Of a stretch of DNA of 46,538 nucleotides, positions 25,467-37,957 are shown piece after piece. The notes under the pieces were generated by a model that was not told the DNA's origin, did not search any database, and saw only the letters and a program-made list of their open reading frames with translations. The position numbers were made by a program, and so were the translations under genes. Each line of letters opens with the position of its first letter. Position 1 is the first letter of the stretch. The stretch is from Catajapyx aquilonaris (Eukaryota), in the NCBI GenBank assembly GCA_000934665.2, contig KZ538809.1:1-46538 (forward strand), written 5' to 3'.

Positions 25467-26575
25467 TTACTACTAATTGGATGACCCTTCCGTTAAAAAA
25501 ACCTCAAACACCTCAAAATACAAAGCATGGCCATGTATTAATTAAAGATAAAAAAAACAGTCACTCCAGCAGATTGCACCATTGCATATTGCAAATAAAA
25601 TGGCGCTTTAGTACCCAGAAACGGGCAGTGATGCCAGGAACAAAGACAAGCAGCATCGGCGGGCGTGTGATCGAGTGCCCCGCTCTCAGAATAACAATCG
25701 TGAAGCGAATGGATGCAGTCATGATGATCGCGCACGGGGTTCGTGTCATCCCCCAGTCGGTCGTGTTGCATCATGGAACAAGTGTTTCGGGGAAGCAGAG
25801 AAGAAGAGGCAAGACAAGTGGCAGAGCAGAGGGAAGCGTCGTTCTTCTTATTGGGGGGCCAAGCAGGGTCGAGCATCAGGGGGCGCGCTAGCAATTAGAG
25901 AACAAGGGGGCGCACCCACCTCAGATAGGCCCTTGAGCACGTTCCTTATATATATGTACTGGCATCGGAACAGCCAGATTGTGACCTGATATTGCAATAT
26001 CCAGTCTTACTGAGCATCCCCTGGTGGAAGCTGGGTGTAACAAACTGAAAGCATTTTTTCTGTACGTGTATAGCTCTTGGGCACGAGAGTTCTTCATCAA
26101 CGCCTTTCCGCAAATAATGTCAAATGCAGACAATGGCGCCGACTAAATGAGAACTGACGCATCCCCCCCCCTCCCATTCCCCCCAGCCTCCCTCCACTCA
26201 ACCTCCTCTCCCACTGCTTGTGGGCAGAACATCCAGGACGCTTGTCATCCGCACACTACAGGCGACAGGAGAGACTAGCAGCTATACGGGGCCCTACACT
26301 AACTACGCTGTCTCTCCGGACCTAAACTTTCTCAACTCTAGGACACCGCAAAATCCCTCTCTACCTCTGCACACACCATCACTTTTCCCTCTAACATTTT
26401 GACAAAACTATGTGGCATATATCTCACGTTAGGAAAATTACAAGCTTACTGTATATAATTATTTAAGCTTCTGGCTTATAAAAGGTTGGAAAAATAGTAC
26501 GAATTCTTTTTTTTTAAATTTAGAACACATTAGGTTTTTCCATAAGAAATATATTTTACAAACTTAAAAATCATT

Positions 26576-26636
26576 GGTGGAATTTTCATCCACTGCTAAG
26601 TTAGCAGTAGCTAGCAGTGAGACGAAAATTCGACCC
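26576..26636. mobile_element. Internally deleted copy of the MITE at 32431
   Basis: GGTGGAATTTTC...ACTGCTAAGTTAGCAGTAGCTAGCAGTGAGACGAAAATTCGACCC matches 32431-32540. Confidence 0.7.
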
Positions 26637-26644
26637 CATATTAA

Positions 26645-26704
26645 TTTTTATTTATTTATTTATTTATGTTACCCCATTCTATAGGGTGGGGTCCTTTTAG
26701 GGGG
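26645..26704 (-). mobile_element. 5'-truncated SINE/LINE 3' tail fragment
   Basis: Minus strand CCCCCTAAAAGGACCCCACCCTATAGAATGGGGTAACATAAATAAATAAA resembles the tail of the 5218 SINE. Confidence 0.7.
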
Positions 26705-26721
26705 ACAGCTCTGGGTACATA

Positions 26722-27026
26722 CGGGGTGTTTCAACTTTTTGTCCGAACAGTTATCGGAAAATTGCACGTAGCTGCTACTTTGTAAACGGTGATTTTTGAG
26801 AGGAACAGGAAATATTCCCTGCGAATCGTATAGGTTGAAGTGATGGCATACGTGCTGCCCGCTGAAAATTGAGGGTCACACATGCCATGGAATGTGTGAC
26901 CCTCTTTTTCCCCATTCTCCATTCCTCTGACATTGACAAATCACCGATTGCAAGTCACTGCTTACGAAGTAGCAGCTACGTGCAATTTTCCGATAACTGT
27001 TCGGACAAAAAAGTTGAAACACCCTG
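26722..27026. mobile_element. Tc1/mariner MITE (305 bp, ~65-bp TIRs)
   Basis: TA|CGGGGTGTTTCAACTTTTTGTCCGAACAGTTATCGGAAAATTGCACGTAGCTGCTACTT and its reverse complement ending CACCCTG|TA. Confidence 0.92.
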
Positions 27027-28658
27027 TATGTAAATTGAATAATAAAGCATACAAACATCAACCAAAAGATTATTTACAAATACAATAATTCACTTATGGG
27101 TGATTTTAACGAAGCTCAGTTTTACTTTATGACCCCATATAAATATCTGAATTTTACATACTTTCTATGGACATGTAATAATTAGGCCTGAGATATTTTA
27201 ATTCGTCTCTAGAGGCGTGTTATAAATCGCAGGAACTTATCATTGTCGTGCAGACTCACACATCTTTCTATCGGCCTAGCTGAAATTAATGTCGCACATT
27301 TTTCCCCCTTTGATTGCAACACCGCTACTGTATAAATCTGCTGCAGATCTAAATTGATGGCCTATTGTTCCCAACTTCCGAGTGAGAAACGTGCCATTAA
27401 TAATCGACAGGAGATAACAGAAAAATATCAGCAGCAAGAACAAGGAGCCGAAATTGAAGTACAAGATGATTTACTTTGGTACACTTCCACACGTTGCAAG
27501 AGTGAACCAGAAGCTGACAGGGTGAGTCAGACACTTGCTGGCTAACCAGAAGTAATTTTTAAACCGCGCATGCCCCAACTGATACATAATTAATGGCGGC
27601 CATTTGCCTCTAGTTTTAGCCATAAGGTACCTGCAAATGATAAACCAGCAAAAAAAAATAGGCCTGATGAATGGCTCATCTCGTGATGCCCCTGCTGTGG
27701 CTTTGACAACCTCAACCAATTCATTTATGGATAATTTCAGGCTGCAGCGTCAACCTTTTCTTGCGTTACTTTTTAATCGCAAACAGTTTTTCCCTTTATT
27801 TTCTCTTCCTCTGCTTTTTATTTTCCCCATCCAAAGTTCTTTTTCTGACGCGATAGGACGGACAGACAATTGGCGCCCCCCTTTTTTCTCATTACTGCAA
27901 CGTCATCTTTCACATTTCAGGTGGGTGGGAAAAAAAGTTTCCAAATCAGTGGCAATTTGCATCCGTTTGTCACAAGAAACTCACTTCTCAAATAAGGGCC
28001 AATTGAGAAGAAAAAAAAAGAGGATAAGGGAGGGAAGGTGGTTAAAAAAAAAAAGTGCTGAGCCCATCACACGAGACGGGAAAATAAGAGAGAGACAGTG
28101 AAGAAAATCTGCGTGGCATCACGTTTGTTTCATGAACTTCTGACAGGGTCTGGAATTAGTGATGGCCACCAGAAGCAGGCGAGAGCCACACACAAATAAT
28201 AACAACAACAAATTCACCTGGTGGCCCCTCCGGTAATAAGCCAACAGCACCTGCAGCGCATCTCTACACAAGGCCTATTCTTCTGCCGAAGCACCTTTGC
28301 CATCCTTTTCTTTCCCTGCGTATTATCTTGTCATTTGTCTCACTCACCTTCACTCTATCCCCCATTTACAACTATATTTCTTTTTTATTATTGTTGTTGT
28401 TTCGGTCGTTTTTTCCGTCTCTTTTTGACGCTTCCCGCAACAAACATGACGCGGACTGTGAATTAGTTTTTTTTTGAAGGTATGGTTAGGATAATAGGAA
28501 AATTGATTGCTTAGAGGAGTATATATATTATGCATTAGCTTTCCCAAACTTACATGCGACTTCGGAGACAGTAATAATAAAATTGCTTCATTAAGCTGGA
28601 GGTATAGTAAATCCATTGCTATTTTGTTCTCTGAACTTACCGAGGAATATTATTGCAT

Positions 28659-28722
28659 CAGGGGTGCTAAAGAATAAGCTGCGGTAGAGCCATAAGCGAT
28701 ATTCAATACTTTGGCATCCCTG
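28659..28722. mobile_element. Possible tiny hAT-like MITE remnant
   Basis: Inverted ends CAGGGGTGCTAAAG / CTTTGGCATCCCTG. The flanking 8-mers match at only 4/8 positions, so the TSD is unconvincing. Confidence 0.35.
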
Positions 28723-31700
28723 ATAGGCATCTCACCCTATTGTACCCAGGATTACTCAAGGATGTCTTATTGTTTGGGTTATGGTCAAAGCCCAGGTCAA
28801 GTACACTATTTTCACAAGACACCCTATTTACAACAATACAATATTGCTTTCAAATACCACAGAGAATGGTCCCTGCATTCATGCCTAACATACAAGAAGC
28901 AGAAAAAAATCGAGCAAAAAAAACCCCCTTATTTGAAAAATCAGCACAAAGGTAACACCACTCTCAAGGTATCAATCTGGGCTAGACAGCGCTATATATA
29001 GCATTTCACAAAAAAACACTCTATAAAAAACAGCATAAAAAGGGAATATGGACAGGGAGTGTATCAGGTGCCAAATCTAAAAAGCCTTTGTGGCCATCAA
29101 GTTCAGCCTACATTAAGTTGTCCCTGCACGCACGTTATTATTATATACGGCACAGCAGCAGCTGCTCCTTTCACAACTGCAGTACCGGTACCCTGCTCTA
29201 TAGGCCTTTAACACTATACCTTCCTGCTGCCTCCCCTTCGTGAGTTGGACTTCGAACCTCCACCATTTCAGTTTCATCCTGCGAAGGCTTTGCTGCTTCA
29301 ACATGGACAGGTCCATACTTCAAAATCACCTTCTTCTATATGCCGGTATGTATCATCAGTTTCTGTGCATAATAAGATAATAACATATGCACATGTACAT
29401 GGGAATTTTAATTGGGGCTGGTCATCTGGAAAGTGGGTTATAAAATGTTTAGGGAAGCCTTTTGGAAATATATGTACTACGATTATTTTAGTGGAAGTTG
29501 TTCCTAACAAAATTTAATAAAAAGTGAAATTGCGATTTTCCTTATGAGTTGTAATAATCTGGGCCGTGCATTTCAAAAATTATGGGCTTTCAAATGGCCA
29601 AAGCGCTGGAAATCTTCGAGCATTTTAAATTTTTTACGGTAATGATAATATGTAATATGCAATATGTAATGATGTCACATTTTTGGAGACACATATTGTT
29701 CACTACATTCACAATTTAATGAAATTAGCACGCACGAATTCATTTTTTCCATTGAAATTCTCCAGTTGAAGTGGAGCCCCATTGCGCAACGAGGCCGCTT
29801 TAGAAATCATCCATTTTATTAAACATTATTTTGTTTTAGTGGGGAAGCAGCACTGAGTTATGAAAATTGGGCACTGCCTATCATTCCCAAAATAATAATA
29901 AGTCTAGGGGGTTCCTAATGTACGGAAAATGAGAGTATGATCTGGCCTCATCAAGGCTTCCATGGAAATACCCTCACAGAACAATATGAGTAAACAGTGT
30001 CAACAAAAAGCAACAATGGAAGAAACGATGACGTCAGATCGTTCTCTCGTTTTCCGTACATTATTGTACGGCCTATGGCCATTTTAAAAGCAGTTGTATA
30101 AATTCACGATCTTCAAACCCAGATTGTTAGAACTCAAAGGATGAATAGGTGCTGGAAAAACTGAGTTTCACTTTTTAATCCAATAATATTAGGAACCATT
30201 TTATTGTGACACACAACAATATCAATCCTGAAACTATAAAGGCAGGAAATAAATTATCTTGAAAGTTAGTACTAGCATCCCATAAAATTAAGAGGATCAA
30301 GTGAAAGTGTGTAAACTTAATAAGTGATGGGTCAGTATTCGTGAGAGCACCAATATTGGCATTAGGAAAATACTGTTAATCAACTAGATCGTCATTGTCT
30401 ATTGTGTGCCTATATATTATGCGTTTTTAGAAATCTACAAAATGAATCCCTCAATTTAAAAGGCATCCGAATGGCCGCATACTCGGCACAATGCAATGTA
30501 GTGATTTGTCCAAGCAATCTGACAAGACTATAGTGTAATACAGTACGAGAAAAGCGCCGGTTGTTCAGTACATATATACGTTTAGCCACCGACGCGACGC
30601 GATGTTGACAATATTACTGACTGGCAAAGACAATCACATAATAGAATCAGTCATGCACATTGCTCCATTAGCACACTACATGAATCACTCTTTGTTTTCA
30701 TTTCATTCATTACATCACGGCATAATCCCAGAAATGTGGTAGCCAGCGACGACTAGCCAGCAGCGACGACTAGCCGTCTCGTATGACCAAAAATTACAAT
30801 GGATCTTCTTATATGCAAGCTATATAAGAGTCCGGTGAAGTATAAGGTATATACGAGTGTCCAGGGGGTGGATGAAACCATGCCGGAATGGGGAGAAATC
30901 AAAAGGACTTTCTGATAATCCTGGAAATTGGCCTGTATACACAGTTGGCCTCAGGGGGTGTGCATGGTTGTGGTGTGTATGTGTATGTGTGCCTGTGTTT
31001 TTATTTGAGGTTTTGGCTCTAGTCTAGACTATAATTATGGCATGTTCTTTTGAGACGTTCAGTGAGTTGACAATATATTGCATGCTGATGCCACACGAGT
31101 CCACACGTCATGGCCGGTCAATATATTAGCATACGTAGCCCTATTAATATGCCATTGCAAAATTTTACACTGGAACTATACATGTAATTACAAAGTTTCA
31201 GATAATACTGAAAATACTCCTAAAGTAACATACGAGAATATTCCCATTTTAAATAATCTTTCTATTGTGGTCATAAAACATTGCCAATGCTCCATATCCA
31301 GTTTTATTTTTTTATGAGCACGCAATCAAAACGTGCAATAAGTTATGCAATATTAATCACTGATCATTATGCTTTCGCCTTACTCACACCCTCTCGTGCA
31401 TAAAACGGAATGTTTTATCTTCAATATTAAATCAATAAGATGGAACCGTTTCTACTTGGTAGATCTAAAAATCAATCACGATTTTACAATAAAACTTCCA
31501 TTCATTGGATCAGTTCGTAGAATACAGTCATAACATTGCAGCTCTGGATTGCTTCATGCCAAGAATTAGTTGACACAACCAAGCAGGGGTGCAAGCAGAT
31601 TGTTCCTGTAATTCCCCCCTGGGTCTCGATTAGAGCTGACATGAATCTGGACAGTCAAGGGTCCGAGTGTGAAAAGACAAATCATTCTCGCGGAATAATC

Positions 31701-32430
31701 CGAGATGGGACTCTAGATAACTTGTAAAAGTAGATCCTGGGCAACGATGGATGCTAAATGTCAGTCAGCCCCTACAACAAACAAGGGCCACGGATTATGT
31801 TATGGGCCCATTCCCTTCTCACTCTTCCCCTGTGGTTGTCCCCTATAGGTCTGCTGCCCCTACAGCGAGGGCACCACCTGCCAGCAAGTGACACCTCCTT
31901 GACACCTTGCTCTTTCATTATTCCTTTCTTACCACCCTCTAAAGCTCCAGATTATTCGCTCTCTCGACACCACTCATCCTAGCAATTCTCAACATTTCCT
32001 ATCCCACCCTTCTACACCCCCCCCCNCCCCCGATAGCTCACTTTCACGTCGTTTTAGGTTTATCTTCACTCTCTTGATATTATCCTGAATCTCAGCTTCC
32101 TTGCCCCATACATAAAAACCTTCAAAACATGCACTAGCAGGTATACGCTCGAATGGCCAATGCTGGGAGAGGAATGTCAAAACACCTTCTGCGGACTTCG
32201 GAGTGAGTTATTACAATCGTGTTTTTTTGGTTAGCCTAGGCCTATAGGAGGATTGAAGAAAGGATAATGATCACTTCTTAAGTACCGAGACGGATGGAGA
32301 GAGTCACGAGTTGATTTTAACAGCACGGGTATGGTGTTCGAGTTTGTGTTCATACACAAAAACTGGGATGTATTTGAATAAAACTTGTTTCAATTGCACT
32401 GATATTGTCATTTGTCCCATTAATGAGATT

Positions 32431-32540
32431 GGGTGGAATTTTCGTCTCACTGATATAGTTACTGGTAACTTAGCAGTGCCAGTGTTGACAATGGTACTGC
32501 TAAGTTAGCAGTAACTATCAGTGAGACTAAAATTCCACCC
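32431..32540. mobile_element. Fold-back MITE (110 bp)
   Basis: GGGTGGAATTTTCGTCTCACTGATA...TTACTGGTAACTTAGCAGT / ACTGCTAAGTTAGCAGTAA...TATCAGTGAGACTAAAATTCCACCC. Second copy at 26576; TSD unclear. Confidence 0.8.
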
Positions 32541-32560
32541 ATCATTTTTTGTACTAGCCT

Positions 32561-32755
32561 GCTACCAGACCGTTGCTCAACCGCCTGACTCCGGCAACCA
32601 GCCATGCAAGCATGTACGGGGGTATCCATACTTGTCAGGATAGTCATCGTCGACGTCAACGTTGTCGCCGGGCTTTCGGATCCATGCCATGTTTCTTCCA
32701 TGTGCACCCCCCTACTACCCATATCTTTTTGGAAAACGAATTCGGGAACACCCTG
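32561..32755. mobile_element. Right half of the Tc1/mariner MITE family seen at 34531
   Basis: AGACCGTTGCTCAACCGCCTGAC... is homologous to 34742-34927 and ends CACCCTG|TA. Confidence 0.8.
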
Positions 32756-34530
32756 TATGTGCTGATGGCGTTTTGTGCCATCATTTTTTTTCAGCAATAG
32801 CCAGCCGTACATCAGGCTGATATTTTCAGATACTGATCCTATTTAATTAATTTAACTTAATATAGTATGATGTCTGAACCATTTCTCAACAAACAAACAA
32901 ACAGGATAGTCTCAATAAGACCTCCCCCCGGGGCGATATGGTTGACCAATACAATAGCACGGAAGCAGGAATATAATAGCCTGAAGCGAACGTCCGGAAG
33001 GAAATGTTTTGGTATATGGCCACTGCTCCCAACTGGACAAAAACTGACCTTCACGAACTCAAGAATCCATACCTCCTATCATAATTATACTATACACATA
33101 TACCATAATAATACTGCACTCCAAAAGATTAATGTACCGTTTGGCCCCATAAATCTCAACAATGTCACATGATGGCACTTATTGTTAGCTAACCACTCAA
33201 CATACAAACCCTATATATTAATCGGCGAATTTTTCGAACCGTGACACCAGATTTTGTAAGCTCATGTCGAGCGCTCTCCACGCCAGTAGCGTCTCTCAGT
33301 CATTCCAACAATTATATATATTATAGAAGTGGCAAAACAAAGGAAGGTCACTTCATGCAAGGTTTGGACTGTTTGTAAAAATTCTCAAAGATGTTCCACT
33401 TGAGTTGTTGGAGCGTGGCATATGACTGACTGCAAATGACAGTTAAATACACGGGAATTTATCAAAGTTTCGAACAGTTCAAGTGAGGCATATTTTAGCA
33501 CATATAGACCATCCAAATCTGTCATCGTGTGACATTCACATATTTCACCACTAGAATACTTTTGGAAGCCTATAGTATATATAGAGACTTTGGAGTCCTT
33601 GCAGCAGAGACGTGAGAAGGATGCAAGTACAACTACTGTACAGTACAGTATATGCATATACTGTAGATATAAAGGCTTGGTGGAGAGTGCCTGTTATAGG
33701 CTTACAAAATCTGGTGTAAGGAGTACAAAATGCTTTCATAGACTTGGTGTTTATATACTAAAAATATGTATCATCATGTGGCTGTGCTGGTTTTTGTAAT
33801 GAATTTTTATTTATTTATGAGCAACGAATTTATAAATAAAGTACATATAGGCCTAAGTTATATTCTAATGTTGAAATGACTGTTGGTATACCGTACTGTA
33901 TGTGTACCGTACGTACTGTACAGTGTAGTCTCCTCTCACTTAGCATATATGCTATTTATACTATTTTCATAATTTAAAATTTTGATTTTATTATTTTGAT
34001 CCGCCCTCATGTAATCTTGCAAATGCTGTCAAATATTTGACATCATACGAATTATGCCCTATAACAGAATGTACCGGTACTTTGTGACTCATAATTCGTG
34101 TGATGCTTAATGGCCTTAATTGCCTCAGCTTCTCCACTAATTAACCGAACCATACGATGTAGCCCTTCACAGGTGAATTTACATGGTTGCAATTATTAAT
34201 TGCAGATGCATTTCGGTGCAGAGTGCTGAAAAGGACACAGAGATATTAACGAAAACTAATACCACGTCCATTATTTTGTTTCTCCTATGTTCTCCTTGGT
34301 ATAACATATGCGGGAACAAAATAATATAATATGGATTTGTTTTCCGTTGCTGTTTAAAGAGATTGGCGTATACTCTCTATTTGAGTGGTTTGTCATTGTT
34401 TCTCTTCTTGAAACAGAGCATCATGCTTTTGGATAAAGTCTTTTTTACTAACCTGATTCTTGTAGTACGTTTCCCATATTTATTTGAATAAACATTTTAT
34501 CTAAGTCGACACTTTATTTTTAGAGTCATA

Positions 34531-34927
34531 CAATGTGTATATGAATAAATCTGTCAAAGTGATATACGGGTGGTAGATGATGCATATGGAATAAGCATGG
34601 CATGCTGGGGTCGAAAGACCGGCGACTATCCGTTTTGGAGATGTCGACCTTTGACGTCGACGATGTCCATCCTGACAAGTGTGGATACCCCCATGCATGA
34701 CTGCATTGCTGATTGCCGGAGTCAGGCGCTCGCACTACTATAGACCGTTGCTCAACCGCCTGACCCAGGCAACCAGCAATGCAGGCATGCACGAGGGTTT
34801 TCATACTTGACAGGTTAGACATCGTCGACGGCCTTTCGGACCCACCGACCCATCCCATGCTTCTTCCATATGCATCCCCTATACCACCCGTATCATTTTG
34901 GCATATTTACTCGTATACAGCACCCTG
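34531..34927. mobile_element. Tc1/mariner fold-back MITE (~400 bp, diverged)
   Basis: TA|CAATGTGTATATGAATAAATCTGTCAAAGTGATATACGGGTGGTA versus TACCACCCGTATCATTTTGGCATATTTACTCGTATACAGCACCCTG|TA, with long imperfect inverted arms. Confidence 0.8.
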
Positions 34928-36259
34928 TATAGAAATTTTGAACTTCAAAAGACTCTGTGCTATTTCAAGTAGTAAAATTATTACGTACTTATTCAAACTG
35001 AGCGAAAAACTCCTCAAACCAACTTATAGAGGGTATAATAGCCCTATAACGATCAACATACATTTTTCCTCCCATCATAATAAATTAAAGATGTCTTGTT
35101 TGCAAACTCTCAATCATGTGGTGGAAAGTGTGATCCTCTAATGCGCAAAAATATTGAGGTATAGTCCTGATGAATCAGTGTTAGAATTGGAGATTAGAAA
35201 ATCTAATTTTCTGTGCAATATATACTGTGTATTACAAAATTACTTACAACCAATTAGAACATATTCAGGTGAGTGTTTCAAAAACATTTATACATGATGC
35301 ATTGGTCTTCAATCTATGCATACAGAGCTTTATTTTCTATATATTACCATTATTATTCCAGTTAGATTATTTGATGCATCATATTTTATAAAAAGCCCCG
35401 TCTTGCTGAACTGGAGGCTGTAGAGTTTTCGCTTCAGCATATAGGCTATATGGTTATGGGTGTTTTGTACGTATATTTGGAGCTGGGATTGGTAACAGAT
35501 TTGTATTGACTGAAATTCCTCCCAAATTGCTTGAAATTCTGAATAATTCTCTCGCAGGACTCCATTACATCTTTCACACAAGATGTTAACTTATTCAGTC
35601 AGAAGCCTTTCCATTCGTATATATAACTTATACCAATTTGACACGACTTGCCGGCACCCTGTATACTAAACTGAACATTCATGAAGAAACACAAACCTAT
35701 ACTAAACTAATGTAGCAATATAATACCATTAACAGCTGACTAAGCTGACGGGGTAAACTTATGAGCAGTCTGTTAACATAAACTGATGGCAATACTGCGG
35801 TATTTATGCACATTTCAATCTTCATAGGTTTTGTTACAGATTCTGGTATATAATAGGCAGACCAAAACATGTTAACTGAATTGCCATTGGAGGATGCAAG
35901 TGACATTTTTGAGCTTTCATTCAGGGCGAAAATCGTCGCCAAAGCTATATATACGTATATCACAAACCTTGTTTCCCAAATGATGTGGCATCACGTGTCC
36001 CCCATTTTTGTTTATTCAGCATTAAACAGTATGGAAATAAATTAAGGTTGTACAGTTTTGATTTTTCACAACTTTTTAAACGATGCGAATATTCCAATAA
36101 AACGCGAAGTTTTTCTGGTCTCTTGGATAATCGAGTTTCACTGCATTCCAAACTTACAACAAACATTATACTTATTAGTCAGATAATTTTCCAACGCCTT
36201 TACCAGAACTTCCCCCCGAAAAACTATCTTCATCAATATAATTACAAGTATAGTTTGCA

Positions 36260-36619
36260 CGGTATCACCCCATTTCGCCGTCTTGCATTTCGCCGCCATC
36301 TCCGATGAATCATTCCCATTTCCCACCGTCCCATATCGCCGCCTACGAAACTGGTATTAGGCCTACACGAAGACGCATTAATACAAACGGGATTCTCCAA
36401 AATGCAATGATTAGTGTGGGATCGTGAAGGGAAAAAGGTATGTATCCGCTGAAGATATGCTTGTATCCGCTGAATATAGGGCTGTATCAGCACGGAAGGA
36501 ACCTACCACTGCCACATTCGGTCTTCCGATATGAAAGCGGCGAAATGGGGGTGTCGGCAAGATAACACTGCGGCGAAATGGGAAACTGCGAAATGCAACA
36601 GCGACATGGGGTGTATTCG
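36260..36619. mobile_element. Unclassified non-autonomous DNA transposon with subterminal CATTTCGCCG repeats
   Basis: Ends CGGTATCACCCC / GGGGTGTATTCG. Several (CC)ATTTCGCCG-like units on the left and CGGCGAAATG(G) units on the right. Flanking direct repeat TTTGCA (36254-59, 36620-25). Confidence 0.85.
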
Positions 36620-37159
36620 TTTGCACATATGTAAGGGGATGGCTATCCCTCACCCCCCCCCCCCCCCCCCCNCCTCATGTGTACCTATATTGAATTCTCC
36701 CTCTGAAAATTAAAATACACTCCCCAAACCCCCCTCCATCCCCTAACTTATGCGTATTCCACACAAAAGCCACCCATAAGAATCGATATGTTCACCGGAT
36801 AGTCTGTCCTCCCCTATTTCTCTCTCAGATTTTATTTGATTTTTTTTTTTCTTCTTTCTTTCTCTATAAATTCTCACCCCTCCTTTTTCCATTTCCGACA
36901 GCAGAGGCCTGCAGGCGAATGTCGGAGCTATGGCAGACAGGGAGAGATGAAGAGTAGGGAGGTATAGGGAGGAGAGGAGATTGAGTTCATGTGCGCGGGG
37001 GTGCCGCTTCTTGTGTCCATGGCAACCAGCAGGGATCTTCTATTGATTCCGCTCCGGATAGGAAATGTCCAATCATGAGGAGCGCCAACTGAGAAGGAAG
37101 GGATGGATCCCGGGGAAGTAAGAGGAGACATGCCAAGATGGCTCCTCAACCCCCCCCCC

Positions 37160-37331
37160 NNNNNNNNNNNNNNNNNNNNNNNNNNNNNNNNNNNNNNNNN
37201 NNNNNNNNNNNNNNNNNNNNNNNNNNNNNNNNNNNNNNNNNNNNNNNNNNNNNNNNNNNNNNNNNNNNNNNNNNNNNNNNNNNNNNNNNNNNNNNNNNNN
37301 NNNNNNNNNNNNNNNNNNNNNNNNNNNNNNN
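37160..37331. other. Assembly gap (N run) bounded by poly-C
   Basis: 172 Ns between C homopolymers. Confidence 0.99.
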
Positions 37332-37719
37332 NCCCCCCCCCCCACTCTAGTCCCCTCCAATCCTCATCCCTGACAAACCCACCCACTAGCTGTCCCCAAC
37401 CACGACTCCTATTCGTCGTCGTCGTCGCAGACCTCTGGAACAGCAATGGCCGGCCACCAACCCGGACAACCAACTTTACATTGCTATTCATTCTTTCAAA
37501 TCGCGAGCATTCATGCATGCTGCTGTATGCATGTTTTACCAGGGCTAGATCAATCTTTTTCTGCATTGCCCACACACATCATGTAAATGTATATCATATG
37601 GATGGAGACATCTTGAAGGCACCTTATTATGTAGGTACAGTCGATATTACTTAACATACATAACTTGAGATTAAGTACAACACTCACCCGTCTAATTGAA
37701 CAGACACTTAAATAATACA

Positions 37720-37957
37720 AAAAATATTGCATGCTAACTTAGTAAGGATTACTAAAAATATTGCATACTAACTTAGTAAGGATTACTAAAAATATTGCAT
37801 ACTAACTAGTAAGGATTACTAAAAAATATTGCATACTAACTTAGTAAGGATTGCTAAAAATATTGCATACTAACTTAGTAAGGATTGCTAAAAATATTGC
37901 ATACTGACTTAGTAAAAAGTACTAAAAATATTGCATACTATCTTAGTAAAAATTACT
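37720..37957. repeat. Minisatellite, 7 x ~34 bp
   Basis: Unit AAAAATATTGCATACTAACTTAGTAAGGATTACT in tandem; the last two units are more diverged. Confidence 0.96.

Noticed and set aside
37720..37957. CRISPR-like 34-bp repeat with a hairpin
   Set aside because: Head-to-tail repeats with no unique spacers, in a eukaryotic context.
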